Positions 1-11,093 of a DNA stretch of 64,000 bases are shown piece by piece. The notes under the pieces are model-generated. The model had not been told where the DNA came from. It did no database searches and saw nothing but the letters and a program-made list of their open reading frames with translations. A program made the translations under genes and the position numbers. How positions within the stretch are numbered: position 1 is the first letter of the stretch; each line of letters starts with the position of its first letter. This stretch comes from Eledone cirrhosa (Eukaryota), in NCBI GenBank assembly GCA_964016885.1, contig OZ024756.1:16678001-16742000 (forward strand), in the 5' to 3' direction.

Positions 1-358
1 CTACGTAGTAGTCACAACGACCTGCCCCTTACGTTAAGCAGCCATAGACATTAAATGTGAGTGTGTGTGCTTATCTCCCGCAAAAAATCCCTTGCTTGGA
101 GACCACATGGTTTTAAGTCATAAAACTTGAAGCGAACTACTAAAATATTTGATCGAGCGATTCTTCAATATGTTGCATAGCAAGATAATTTTTCTCTCTC
201 TTTTTTTAAGGGCATTCACGGGAAGGGATCAGCTCGAAGCTGACACACTTTATACTGAATACTTTTTACAGTTATATTTCCAATTTGACTTTTACTGAAG
301 TATATATATTATATATATATATGTGTGTGTGTATGTATATATATATATAGAGAGAGAG

Positions 359-555
359 AGAAGTGGTAGCACAACAGTTAGTTCACCATACCGAGAACAA
401 TTGTTTCACCTTAGCGGATGCTCAGCTGAAGATCCGCTAAGGTGAAACAATTGTTCTCGGTATGGTGAACTAACTGTTGTGTTACCACTTCTACCTAACT
501 CGTCCCATGGACTGAGTGCTCTACCACTACGGATATTACCTTCCAGTGTTCTACC
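359..555 (+). mobile_element. Fold-back palindromic insert (arms 359-425/426-491) with hammerhead-like motif and one-sided tail; PLE pLTR-like
   Basis: Near-perfect inverted arms centred on CAGCTG. Right arm reads CTGAAGA-TCCGCTAAGGT-GAAA-CAATTG-TT. Tail contains GAGTGCTCT. Flanked by (TA)/(GA) and (CT) tracts. Confidence 0.7.
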
Positions 556-584
556 TCTCTCTCTCTATTTTTTCTTTTTTTCTT

Positions 585-838
585 TTTACGTCCGCTTTTT
601 CCCTGCTTGCAAGGGTGGGACGGGAACTGATTTGGCTTGATTTCTACAGCTGGATGCCCTTCCTAACACCAACCTCATTTACAGTGAGTGCTGGGTGCTT
701 TTTTGCCATGGCACCTCCACGACCACTTTGCAGTGGAATGATAGGGACCCCAGTCCCTATCATCTCATTTCTACAGCTGAGTAAACTCGAGCAATGTGAA
801 ATAAAGTGTCTTGCTCAAGGACACAACACATCACCCAG
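585..838 (-). mobile_element. SINE (CORE-like centre + RTE-derived tail), 5'-truncated
   Basis: Near-identical to 7170-7497, 1305-1545, 31307-31533 and 38550-38820. Contains CTTGAGCAAGACACTTTATTTCAC and GTTAGGAAGGGCATCCAGCTGTAGAAA on -. Confidence 0.8.
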
Positions 839-949
839 TCTATTATAGACTATCATTGTAAGCTCTCTCTACCTTGGAGTGAAATTAAAATCCTGACAAT
901 GACGTTCACATATAGCGTGGTAACAGAACAAATATATGACCACTCCCAA

Positions 950-1262
950 ATATGACATACTCTCCAAGTATCAGTCACTCTCCGACAGGGTTGCAGTTGA
1001 GCCCCTAGCAGTGGAGACTTCTGGTGTCCTTGGCCCTCAGGCTACCTCCCTACTAACCACCATATGCATTGAACCGGCTAGCCGCAGGTGTGAGCCTCGC
1101 GAGATGGAATGGCTCTTCCAATGCATCTCCCTTACCATCCTCCATGGAAACGCTTTCTCCATTCTGTCCGCTAAGGCGGTGGGGCAGCCAGCATGTGGGA
1201 CCCCATTTACTCATAATAGAGATGGGGAGAGCGAGAGAAGGAGGCAATGACAGTGGGAGTTC
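950..1262 (+). mobile_element. 3' fragment of CRE-clade non-LTR retrotransposon (restriction-like endonuclease C-terminus + 3' UTR)
   Basis: KYQSL..VEPLAVETSGVLG..EPREMEWLFQCISLTILHGNAFSIL matches the CRE-type P.AVET.G..G / Q.ISL.I.RGNA pattern. Second copy at 46350-46680. Confidence 0.7.
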
Positions 1263-1304
1263 GGCTCTTCTGTGTTCGGACCAAGTGTGCAGCATTAGTT
1301 TCCT

Positions 1305-1545
1305 TGAGTAAGACACTTTATTTCACATTGCTCCAGTTTACTCAGCTGTAGAAATGAGATGATAGGGACTGGGGGTCCCTATCATTCCACTGCAAAGTGG
1401 TCGTGGAGGTACCACAGAAAAAAAGCACCCAGCACTCACTGTAAATGAGGTTGGTGTTAGGAAGGGCATCCAGCTGTAGAAATCAAGCCAAATCAGTTCC
1501 CGTCCCACCCTTGCAAGCAGGGAAAAGTGGACGTAAAATGATGAT
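1305..1545 (+). mobile_element. SINE (same family as 585-838), opposite orientation
   Basis: Reverse complement of 585-815; ends GGACGTAAAATGATGAT. Confidence 0.8.
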
Positions 1546-1639
1546 ATATAATACATAAATATATAAACTTCAATCTGTTATTTTAATAAATATATATATA
1601 TATATAATACATACACACACACATATATATATGTATATA

Positions 1640-2215
1640 TAATAGTAATGAGTATAATCGAAATTGCAGCTGTAAGTAGCATATTAATACCCGATCTTCG
1701 AAGACAGTCACAAAGCACTCGATGATAAAGTAATTAATTCATTTCTCCTCAGAGTCAACACGAGAAGTAAAGTAATAGTGACACAATGGATAATTGTTTC
1801 TACTTTAGGCACAAGGCCAGCAATTACCCAGTGCATTACTGGTACTTTATTTTATCGACCCCGTAAGGATGAAAGGGAAAGTCAACCTCGGCGGGATTTG
1901 AACTCAGATCGTAAAGGGACGTAACTATGCTGTAAAGCATGGCGTCCGACCCTCTACCGATACTGCCAATCCACCGCCCTAGTGACACAATGGATAATGT
2001 GACCGGGGCCATGTTGCCAGGTTAATACTACAACGACAAAAATACAGGCAGGTTAAAGACAAACTTGGACCTGATTGATAGATATTAATCGATAAATATC
2101 TTCGATAGGTTTCTGGGAATCCGGAAGTTACATTCCAAGTTGCGTAATATATATGTAAGTTAGTTATGCATCCTAAGATGGAACGGGGATATCCCTTGAT
2201 CAACAGATTTTTCAT
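1640..2215 (-). mobile_element. Degenerate PLE-end-like insert in TA tract, interrupted by a SINE
   Basis: Homologous to 47485-47750 (shared ggacct..gatagatat..aatatcttcgat.ggtttctg.gaatcc). GAGTGCTTT box on -. Confidence 0.45.
1795..1979 (-). mobile_element. tRNA-derived SINE with Meta-like central domain, full length, 19-bp TSD
   Basis: A box TGGCAGTATCGG, B box GTTCAAATCC, CCTTTCATCCTTACGGGGTCGATAAAATAAAGTACCAG. TAGTGACACAATGGATAAT is duplicated at 1776-1794 and 1980-1998. Confidence 0.9.
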
Positions 2216-2229
2216 ATATATATGTATGT

Positions 2230-2601
2230 ATATTCAAAATATACTATACATACATTCATGTATACATCGCTATTTCAGAGCACCAATCCTAATACCTAAT
2301 TTTTGCTGGACCGGCAATCGCTCTGTATAATCAGCTCCTGATTTTTACTGGAATTCTATAAGAATCCAGCTTCTATAATTTTCGGCAGAAGCAGGGGAGT
2401 ACATGGCTCTGATGAATGCCAACCAGCGTGAAACTGACTGTCAGCTTCTCTACCTTCTTTTGCCAAAAAGAAGTAAATGACATAGTCACTACTTTAAAAC
2501 TGATAGTGTATGGTCTTCTAAATGTTTTTAAAACATATGGTATATTGCCAAATATACTATATATACATTCATGTATACATCGTTATTTCAGAGCACCAAT
2601 C

Positions 2602-2648
<47 letters not shown>

Positions 2649-3052
2649 GTATGTATAGTATATTTGATAATATACTGTATGTTCAATTAAAAACATTTTG
2701 AAGACCATTCGCTATGAATTTTAAAGTAGTGACTATGTCACTTACTTATTCTCAGCAAAAACAAAGGGGAGTAATCGACAGTCCTGTTTTTCGCTCGTTC
2801 GCGGTTATCAAGACTACTCACCCCTTCGCTTCTGCCAAGAATTATAGAAGCTGCATTCTTATAGAATTCCAGTAATGTTTAAGAGCTGATTAAACAGAGC
2901 AGTTGTTTTGCTGAGAATAAGTGACATAATCACTATTTTAAAACTCATAGCGAATGGGCTTCAAAATGTTTTAATTAAACATACAGTATATTATCAAATA
3001 TATTATTCATACATTCATATATACATCGCTATTTCAGAGCACCAATACTAAT
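2230..3052. mobile_element. Two related PLE pLTR-like inserts with inverted arms (2647-2760 vs 2906-3015)
   Basis: Terminal motif catacattcat.tatacatcg.tatttcagagcaccaat occurs three times. Inverted arms present; hammerhead motifs inside. Confidence 0.65.
2394..2451 (+). ncRNA. Type I hammerhead ribozyme candidate
   Basis: GGCT-CTGATGA-ATGC(CAACCA)GCGT-GAAA-C(TGACT)GTC-AGCT. Intact core, GUC triplet, and stems I, II and III can form. Confidence 0.7.
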
Positions 3053-3454
3053 ATATGTATATAAATTCAAATAATTTTAAAAGTCATACAATGCGTTAGA
3101 AAATTAACGGTGCCAAAATAACAATAGAATTTTACCTTAGCAAATTTAATTATCCCAAATATTTTTGGATTTAAAAACCTATTATCAAGGGAGTATCTCT
3201 GTGAAGGTCTTAAAAGATCAGTCGGAGATGAGTTGTTGTTAGGATGGCAGATTTAATTTAAATGCATATATATGTGTGTGTATGTGTGTGTTGTGTGAGC
3301 TTGTATATGTGTGTGTGTGACCTTGTATATGTTTATATATATGTGTGTGTGTGCATTATTATCATCATCATTGGATTCACATCTGTTCTCCCATGTTTGC
3401 ATGGATTAGACAAGTCTTTCCCAACAAACTATCTCTCCATTTGTTTCTTTTCTC

Positions 3455-4530
3455 AGTTATCTCATTTGTGCGGTTCAATATCCTGGGATCAGCTGTCACC
3501 ATTTCTGCTCACATCTTCCTTGATCTTCCTCTAAAATAGCACCCTTGATTTATTTATTTCCTGTGTCACCTTATTTCATTTGAGAGGTTCAATATCCTGG
3601 GATCAGCTGTCACCACTTCTGCTCACATCTTCCTTGATCTTCCTCTAAAATAGCACCCTTGATTTATTTATTTCCTGTGTCACCTTATTTCATTTGTGAG
3701 GTTCAATATCCTGGGATCAGCTGTCACCACTTCTGCTCACATCTTCCTTGATCTTCCTCTAAAATAGCACCCTTTATTTATTTATTTCCTGTGTCACCTT
3801 ATTTCATTTGAGAGGTTCAATATCCTGGGATCAGCTGTCACCACTTCTGCTCACATCTTCCTTGATCTTCCTCTAAAATAGCACCCTTGATTTATTTATT
3901 TCCTGTGTCACCTTATTTCATTTGTGAGGTTCAATATCCTGGGATCAACTGTCACCATTTCTGCTCACATCTTCCTTGATCTTCCTCTAAAATAGCACCC
4001 TTGATTTATTTATTTCCTGTGTCACCTTATTTCATTTGAGAGGTTCAATATCCTGGGATCAACTGTCACCATTTCTGCTCACATCTTCCTTGATCTTCCT
4101 CTAAAATAGCACCCTTGATTTATTTATTTCCTGTGTCACCTTATTTCATTTGAGAGGTTCAATATCCTGGGATCAGCTGTCACCATTTCTGCTCACATCT
4201 TCCTTGATCTTCCTCTAAAATAGCACCCTTGATTTATTTATTTCCTGTGTCACCTTATTTCATTTGAGAGGTTCAATATCCTGGGATCAGCTGTCACCAT
4301 TTCTGCTCACATCTTCCTTGATCTTCCTCTAAAATAGCACCCTTGATTTATTTATTTCCTGTGTCACCTTATTTCATTTGTGAGGTTCAATATCCTGGGA
4401 TCAACTGTCACCACTTCTGCCCACATCTTCCTTGATCTTCCTCTAAAATAGCTCACTCGATTTATTTATTTCCTGTATCACTTTATTTCATTTGTGAGGT
4501 TTCACATCCTGAGATCAGCTGTCACCATCC
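3455..4530. repeat. 114-bp tandem repeat (~9 copies) derived from an RTE LINE ORF 3' end
   Basis: Period 114 (3472, 3586, 3700, 3814...). Minus strand reads RGRSRKM*AEMVTADPRILNL, like the RTE RGRPRKTWAEVV.ADL at 63700 and 40860. Confidence 0.9.
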
Positions 4531-4640
4531 CTGTCCACAACTTCATTGGTTTCCATCTTCCATGATACTTTTCCAAATGAAATAGAACATACTCCTAATT
4601 CAAGTGGCACCCATGACATATGCCATGTTTGCCATACCCT

Positions 4641-4790
4641 AGTTATGACTCTGAATACAGGGCATATCTTAGTTATGACTCTGAATACAGGGCATATCTT
4701 AGTTATGACTCTGAATACAGGGCATATCTTAGTTATGACTCTGAATACAGGGCATATCTTAGTTATGACTCTGAATACAGGGCATATCTT
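4641..4790. repeat. 30-bp tandem repeat, 5 copies
   Basis: AGTTATGACTCTGAATACAGGGCATATCTT x5, inside an RTE remnant (QERRLHWYRHV on - at ~4820-4857). Confidence 0.95.
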
Positions 4791-5019
4791 CACCCAACAA
4801 TCCACATTGAATCCATACACACTACATGTCTGTACCAGTGCAATCTTCTTTCCTGCAAACAATATCCAATACAAGATTCCTTTTATGCCCAGATTTTCAT
4901 CTCATGCGACCTGCTATATTTTCAATTAAGTCCATCAATAATGATTTTTTTTTTCTTTAAAGAGAAATCAATGGTGAGTAATGCTTTCTATTGATTGAAG
5001 AACATCTATGTTTACCCCG

Positions 5020-5101
5020 CAGTATGTATGTATATATACATTCATACATATGTATGTATATATACACATCCATACACATGTATATATATACAGTTATATA
5101 C

Positions 5102-5163
<62 letters not shown>

Positions 5164-5479
5164 GAAAGGTATAGAAAACATTGTAGCAAAAAGCCAACAG
5201 TATTCCATAGTATATATATATATATATATATATATTTATAAATGAAAATAGAGAAATTAATGTGAGCAAGAAGCCAAGAGTAATTTATACATATTTATAT
5301 ATATATACACATTCATACATATGAATATATATATACATTCATACACATGTATGTATATATATATATATATATATATACATATACATACATATGAATGAAG
5401 GCACGGCTATGTGGTGATATATGTATAATCATACACCCATGACTGCATTTATGTGTGTGTGTGTATATATATATATACA

Positions 5480-5556
<77 letters not shown>

Positions 5557-5603
5557 TACATACATATATGAATGAAGGCATGGCTGCATGGTGATATATG
5601 TAA

Positions 5604-5673
<70 letters not shown>

Positions 5674-5710
5674 CACACACACACATATATATACATATGC
5701 ATATATAAGT
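5020..5710. repeat. (TA)n/(CA)n microsatellite cluster
   Basis: Direct inspection. Confidence 0.95.
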
Positions 5711-5885
5711 GAGAAGTCAACAAGGAAAGTAAGAGAGATGAACAATAAAATACAGTGATGATATATTAGTTCAATGCTAGATATTGGAAAACTCTCAGTG
5801 TAAAACTATCAAAGGAAGAGGATGGACAGAAGTTAAAAAAGAAAACAAGGAAAAAAGGATTTTATATATATGTATATATATATAT

Positions 5886-6030
5886 GGGATAACAAAGCTC
5901 AGGGACAACCAGAATGGCTTCAGAGAGGGAAGATCAACCACCAGTCACATCCTGATGCTGAGGAGGATATTAGAGGGAGCTAGAGCAAAGCGCCTTCCTG
6001 CGGTCATGGTTTTCATTGACTTTAGGAAAT
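5886..6030 (+). mobile_element. Internal RTE reverse-transcriptase fragment
   Basis: LRDNQNGFREGRSTTSHILMLRRILEG..VMVFIDFRK matches the RT Q.GFR..RST...F.DF.K motifs. Confidence 0.8.
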
Positions 6031-6346
6031 AAATATATATATATACATACATAAATATATATATATATACATAAATATATATATATATACATAAATATAA
6101 ATATATATATATATTTGCAAAAAAATTTTTCTTTTGCAATATATATACAGATGTGTTGGTATCTGTGTTTCATCACATACATATTAATTTATATATATAT
6201 ATATATATATACATAAATATATATATACATACATAAATATATATATACATAAATATATATATACATACATAAATATATATATATATATATATCCATAAAT
6301 ATATATATACATACATAAATATATATATACATAAATATATATATAC

Positions 6347-6391
<45 letters not shown>

Positions 6392-6478
6392 CATAAATAT
6401 ATATATACATAAATATATATATACATAAATATATATAAGGATTTACACAAGTCCAGCCTCCTGTCATTTTATTATAGT

Positions 6479-6516
<38 letters not shown>

Positions 6517-6533
6517 ATTATAATAAAATGACA

Positions 6534-6580
<47 letters not shown>

Positions 6581-6581
<1 letters not shown>

Positions 6582-6978
6582 GATATTAACAAATGGAAAC
6601 TATATTTATAAAACCATATTTATTTCATTATACATATTTCAAGGACACCAAGTTAAATTATGGTGTGCTTTCATCAGACAAAATATAATATAGATCAGTT
6701 TTATATCCGGGAGTTTCCAACAGTAATGGTTGCATTTTTTAAGGGTATGTCAATATTTATTTATAAAACTGATCTATATTATATTTTGTCTGATGAAAGC
6801 ACACCATAATTTAACTTGGTGTCCTTGAAATATGTATAATGAAATAAATATGGTTTTATAAATATAGTTTCCATTTGTTAATATCATATTTTTACTCCAA
6901 ATACTTGTTGAATGCTTTATATCAGTTATAAAAATATTTGCTTGTTGTATCCCAACAATTTAAATAGAACTCTTACAT
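6581..6978 (+). mobile_element. Fold-back hammerhead-bearing insert, family X
   Basis: Arms 6582-6705 and ~6762-6885. CTGATGA at 6790, GAAA at 6827. Tail to 6978. TA flanks. Confidence 0.75.
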
Positions 6979-7004
6979 ATATATATATATATAAGTTAAA
7001 ACAA

Positions 7005-7101
7005 TGAAACAAGGAAACAACACATCACCCGGTCTGAGGATTGAACTCACAACCTTTCGATTGCAAAGCCAATGCTCTAACCACTAAGCCAAGTGCCTCC
7101 A
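7005..7101 (-). mobile_element. SINE tRNA-like head fragment
   Basis: TGGCTTAGTGG A box and GTTCAATCC B box on -. Confidence 0.7.
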
Positions 7102-7159
7102 TTAAGTTTAATATATTTTATTACATCTCTGAGTGGATAATTCATTGATATCATCATTC

Positions 7160-7497
7160 ATCATCATTTCATTTTACGTCCGCTTTTACCTGCTTGCAAG
7201 GGTGGGACGGGAACTGATTCTGGCTTGATTTCTACAGCTGGATGCCCTTCCTAACACCAACCTCATTTACAGTGAGTTCTGGGTGCTCTTTTGCCGTGGT
7301 ACCTCCATGACCACTTTGCAGTGGAATGATAGGGACCCCACTCCCAATCATCTCATTTCTACAGCTGAGTAAACTGGAGCAATGTGAAATAAAGTGTCTT
7401 GCTCAAGGAAACAACACATCACCCGGTCAGAGAATTGAAATCACAACCTTTCGATTGCAAGGCCAATGCTCTAACCACCAAGCCATGTGCCTCCATG
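7160..7497 (-). mobile_element. Full-length SINE: tRNA head + CORE-like domain + RTE-derived tail
   Basis: Head GGAGGCACATGGCTTGGTGGTTAGAGC; central CTTGAGCAAGACACTT; tail GCGGACGTAAAATG..(ATG)n. Confidence 0.85.
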
Positions 7498-7669
7498 AAA
7501 TATCTTATCCTTTCACCGAGGGAGTTATTGGAGTATTAGAGACAGTTAACTTTATTGAGGAGTTATAAATTAATATTAACTGCTCCATCATTGTTGAGCC
7601 AATTTAGATGGTTTTGGCTGCTATTTCCAGCGTCAATATAAGCCAGTTGTATTGTCATAATATATTGAT

Positions 7670-8696
7670 TGATGGTGACGACAATCATGATGATGAGGGT
7701 GATGATGATTTGAAGGAGGGGGAGGGTGATGGTGATGGTTATGATGGTGATGATAATGATGATGACGATGATGATAAGGGTGATGATGATGATTTGAAGG
7801 AGGAGGGGGAGGAGGAGGATGGTGGTGATGATGGTGATGGTGATGGTGATGGTGGTGGTGATGGTGGTGGTGATGATGGTGATGGTGATGGTGATGATGG
7901 TGATGGTGATGGTGATGGTGGTGATGGTGGTGATGGTGATGATGATGGTGGTGGTGATGATGGTGGTGGTGATGATGGTGATGGTGATGATGGTGGTAGT
8001 GATGATGGTGATGGTGGTGGTGATGATGGTGATGGTGATGGTGGTGATGGTGATGGTGATGATGATGGTGGTGGTGATGATGGTGATGGTGGTGATGAGG
8101 ATGATGGTGATGGTGATGATGGTGGTGATGGTGGTGATGGTGATGGTGGTGATGGTGGTGATGGTGATGGTGGTGATGGTGATGGTGATGGTGGTGATGG
8201 TGATGGTGATGGTGGTGATGGTGGTGATGGTGATGGTGATGATGATGATGGTGGTGGTGATGATGGTGGTGATGATGGTGGTGATGGTGGTGATGGTGAT
8301 GGTGGTGATGGTGGTGATGGTGATGGTGGTGATGGTGATGGTGATGGTGGTGATGGTGGTGATGGTGATGGTGATGATGATGGTGGTGATGAGGGTGATG
8401 GTGATGGTGATGATGGTGATGGTGATGGTGGTGATGGTGGTGATGGTGATGGTGATGATGATGGTGGTGATGAGGGTGATGGTGATGGTGATGATGGTGA
8501 TGGTGATGGCAATGGTGATGATGATGATGGTGATGATGGTGATGATGGTGATGATGATGATGATGGTGGTGGTGATGATGGTGATGGTGATGATGAGGAT
8601 GATGGTGATGGTGATGGCAATGGTGATGATGATGATGGTGATGATGGTGATGATGGTGATGATGATGATGGTGATGATGGTGGTGGTGATGATGGT
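7670..8696. repeat. Mixed (GAT/GGT)n trinucleotide repeat
   Basis: Direct inspection. Confidence 0.95.
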
Positions 8697-8780
8697 TTAT
8701 ACAGGCTGCCAAACACTACCTTAAAACAGATCCATGGTATGAGCATGATACCTTCCATGGTCCACCCCACTACTTTATCA

Positions 8781-10346
8781 GTGTATGTGTGTGTGTGTGT
8801 GTGTATGTATATGTGTGAGTGAGTGTGTGTATGTATATGTGTGAGTGAGTGTGTGTATGTATATGTGTGAGTGAGTGTGTGTATGTATATGTGTGAGTGA
8901 GTGTGTGTATGTATGTGTGTGTTTGTGTATGTGTGTCTATTTTTGTGTATATGTATGTGTGTGTGTTTGTGTATGTGTGTGTGTGTGTGTGTATGTATAT
9001 GTGTGAGTGAGTGTGTGTATGTATATGTGTGAGTGAGTGTGTGTATGTATATGTGTGAGTGAGTGTGTGTATGTATGTGTGTGTTTGTGTATGTGTGTCT
9101 ATTTTTGTGTATATGTATGTGTGTGTGTATGTATATGTGTGTGTGTGTGTGTGTATGTATATGTGTGAGTGAGTGTGTGTATGTATATGTGTGAGTGAGT
9201 GTGTGTATGTATATGTGTGAGTGAGTGTGTGTATGTATGTGTGTGTTTGTGTATGTGTGTCTATTTTTGTGTATATGTATGTGTGTGTGTTTGTGTATGT
9301 GTGTCTATGTTTGTGTGTATGTATGTGTGTGTGTTTGTGTATGTGTGTCTATTTTTGTGTGTATGTATGTGTGTGTGTTTGTGTATGGGTGTCTATGTTT
9401 GTGTTTATGTGTGTGTGTTTGTGTATGGGTGTCTATTTTTGTGTGTATGTATGTGTGTGTGTTTGTGTATGGGTGTCTATTTTTGTGTGTATGTATGTGT
9501 GTGTGTGTTTGTGTATGGATGTCTATGTTTGTGTGTATGTATGTGTGTGTGTGTTTGTGTATGGGTGTCTATGTTTGTGTGTGTGTATGTGTGTGTGTTT
9601 GTGTATGTGTGTCTATTTTTGTGTGTATGTATGTGTGTGTGTGTTTGTGTATGGGTGTCTATGTTTGTGTGTATGTATGTGTGTGTGTGTTTGTGTATGG
9701 GTGTCTATGTTTGTGTGTATGTATGTGTGTGTGTTTGTGTATGTGTGTCTATTTTTGCTATATGTATGTGTGTGTGTGTTTATGTATGTGTGTCTATGTT
9801 TGTGTGTATGTATGTGTGTGTGTTTGTGTATGTGTGTCTATGATTGTGTGTATGTATGTGTGTGTGTATATGTATGTGTGTGTGTTTGTGTATGTGTGTC
9901 TATGTTTGTGTGTATGTATGTGTGTGTGTTTGTGTATGTGTGTCTATTTTTGTGTGTATGTATGTGTGTGTGTGTTTGTGTATGTGTGTCTATGTTTGTG
10001 TGTGTGTGTATGTATGTGTGTGTGTTTGTATATGTGTGTCTATTTTTGTGTATATGTATGTGTGTGTGTGTTTGTGTATGTGTGTCTATGTTTATGTGTA
10101 TGTGTATGTGTGTATATGTATGTGTGTGTGTTTGTGTATGTGTGTCTATGATTGTGTGTATGTATGTGTGTGTATATATATATGTATATGTGTGTATATA
10201 TATATGTGTGTGTTTGTGTATGTGTGTCTATGTTTGTGTGTATGTATGTGTGTATATATATGTATGTATGTGTGTATGTATCTGTGTTTATATATGTATG
10301 TGTGTGTGTTTGTGTATGTGTTTCTATGTTTGTGTGTATGTATGTG

Positions 10347-10379
<33 letters not shown>

Positions 10380-10882
10380 CTACGTTTGTGTGTATGTATG
10401 TGTATGTATATATATGTATGTGTGTGTTTGTGTATGTGTGTCTGTTTGTGTGTGTATATATATGTGTGTGTGTTTGTGTATGTGTGTCTATGTTTGTGTG
10501 TCTATGTTTGTGTGTATGTATGTGTGTGTATATATATGTATGTGTGTGTGTTTGTGTATGTGTGTCTATGTTTGTGTGTATGTATGTGTGTATAGATATG
10601 TATGTGTGTGTTTGTGTATGTGTGTGTATATATATGTGTGTGTGTTTGTGTATATGTGTCTATCTTTGTGTGTATGTATGTCTGTGTATATATATGTATG
10701 TGTGTGTTTGTGTATGTGTGTATGTATGTGTGTGTATATATATATGTATGTGTGTGTTTGTGTATGGGTGTCTATGTTTGTGTGTATGTATGTGTGTGTT
10801 TGGGTATGTGTGTCTATGTTTGTGTGTATGTATGTGTGTGTATATATATGTATGTGTGTGTTTGTGAATGTGTATCTATGTT

Positions 10883-10931
<49 letters not shown>

Positions 10932-10932
10932 C
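8781..10932. repeat. Complex TG/TA microsatellite with ~40-bp higher-order unit
   Basis: Recurring GTGTGTTTGTGTATGTGTGTCTATGTTTGTGTGTATGTAT. Confidence 0.95.
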
Positions 10933-11093
10933 TAAGTTTGTTAGAAAGAGAAGAAAGAAATCAGTGGAGCGTGTACCGTTACACCTTTATGGTTTCCTCA
11001 GACAAACTTCAATAAACATTAATCAATATACCATTGACCATAGAAAGGTGTAAGTGTATTAGTAGCAATCAGCAGGCGTGGCTTATGGATGGG

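Noticed and set aside
1795-1979. tRNA genes at A/B-box sites
   Set aside because: No cloverleaf; the boxes belong to SINE heads followed by Meta/CORE-like domains.
7608-8822. 404-aa Gly/Asp-rich ORF and overlapping poly-His and Ser/Pro ORFs
   Set aside because: A GAT/GGT repeat is stop-free in several frames by construction; there are no credible unique flanking coding sequences or splice context.
9199-11015. Long Cys/Val/Tyr/Met ORFs
   Set aside because: Translations of a TG/TA microsatellite.
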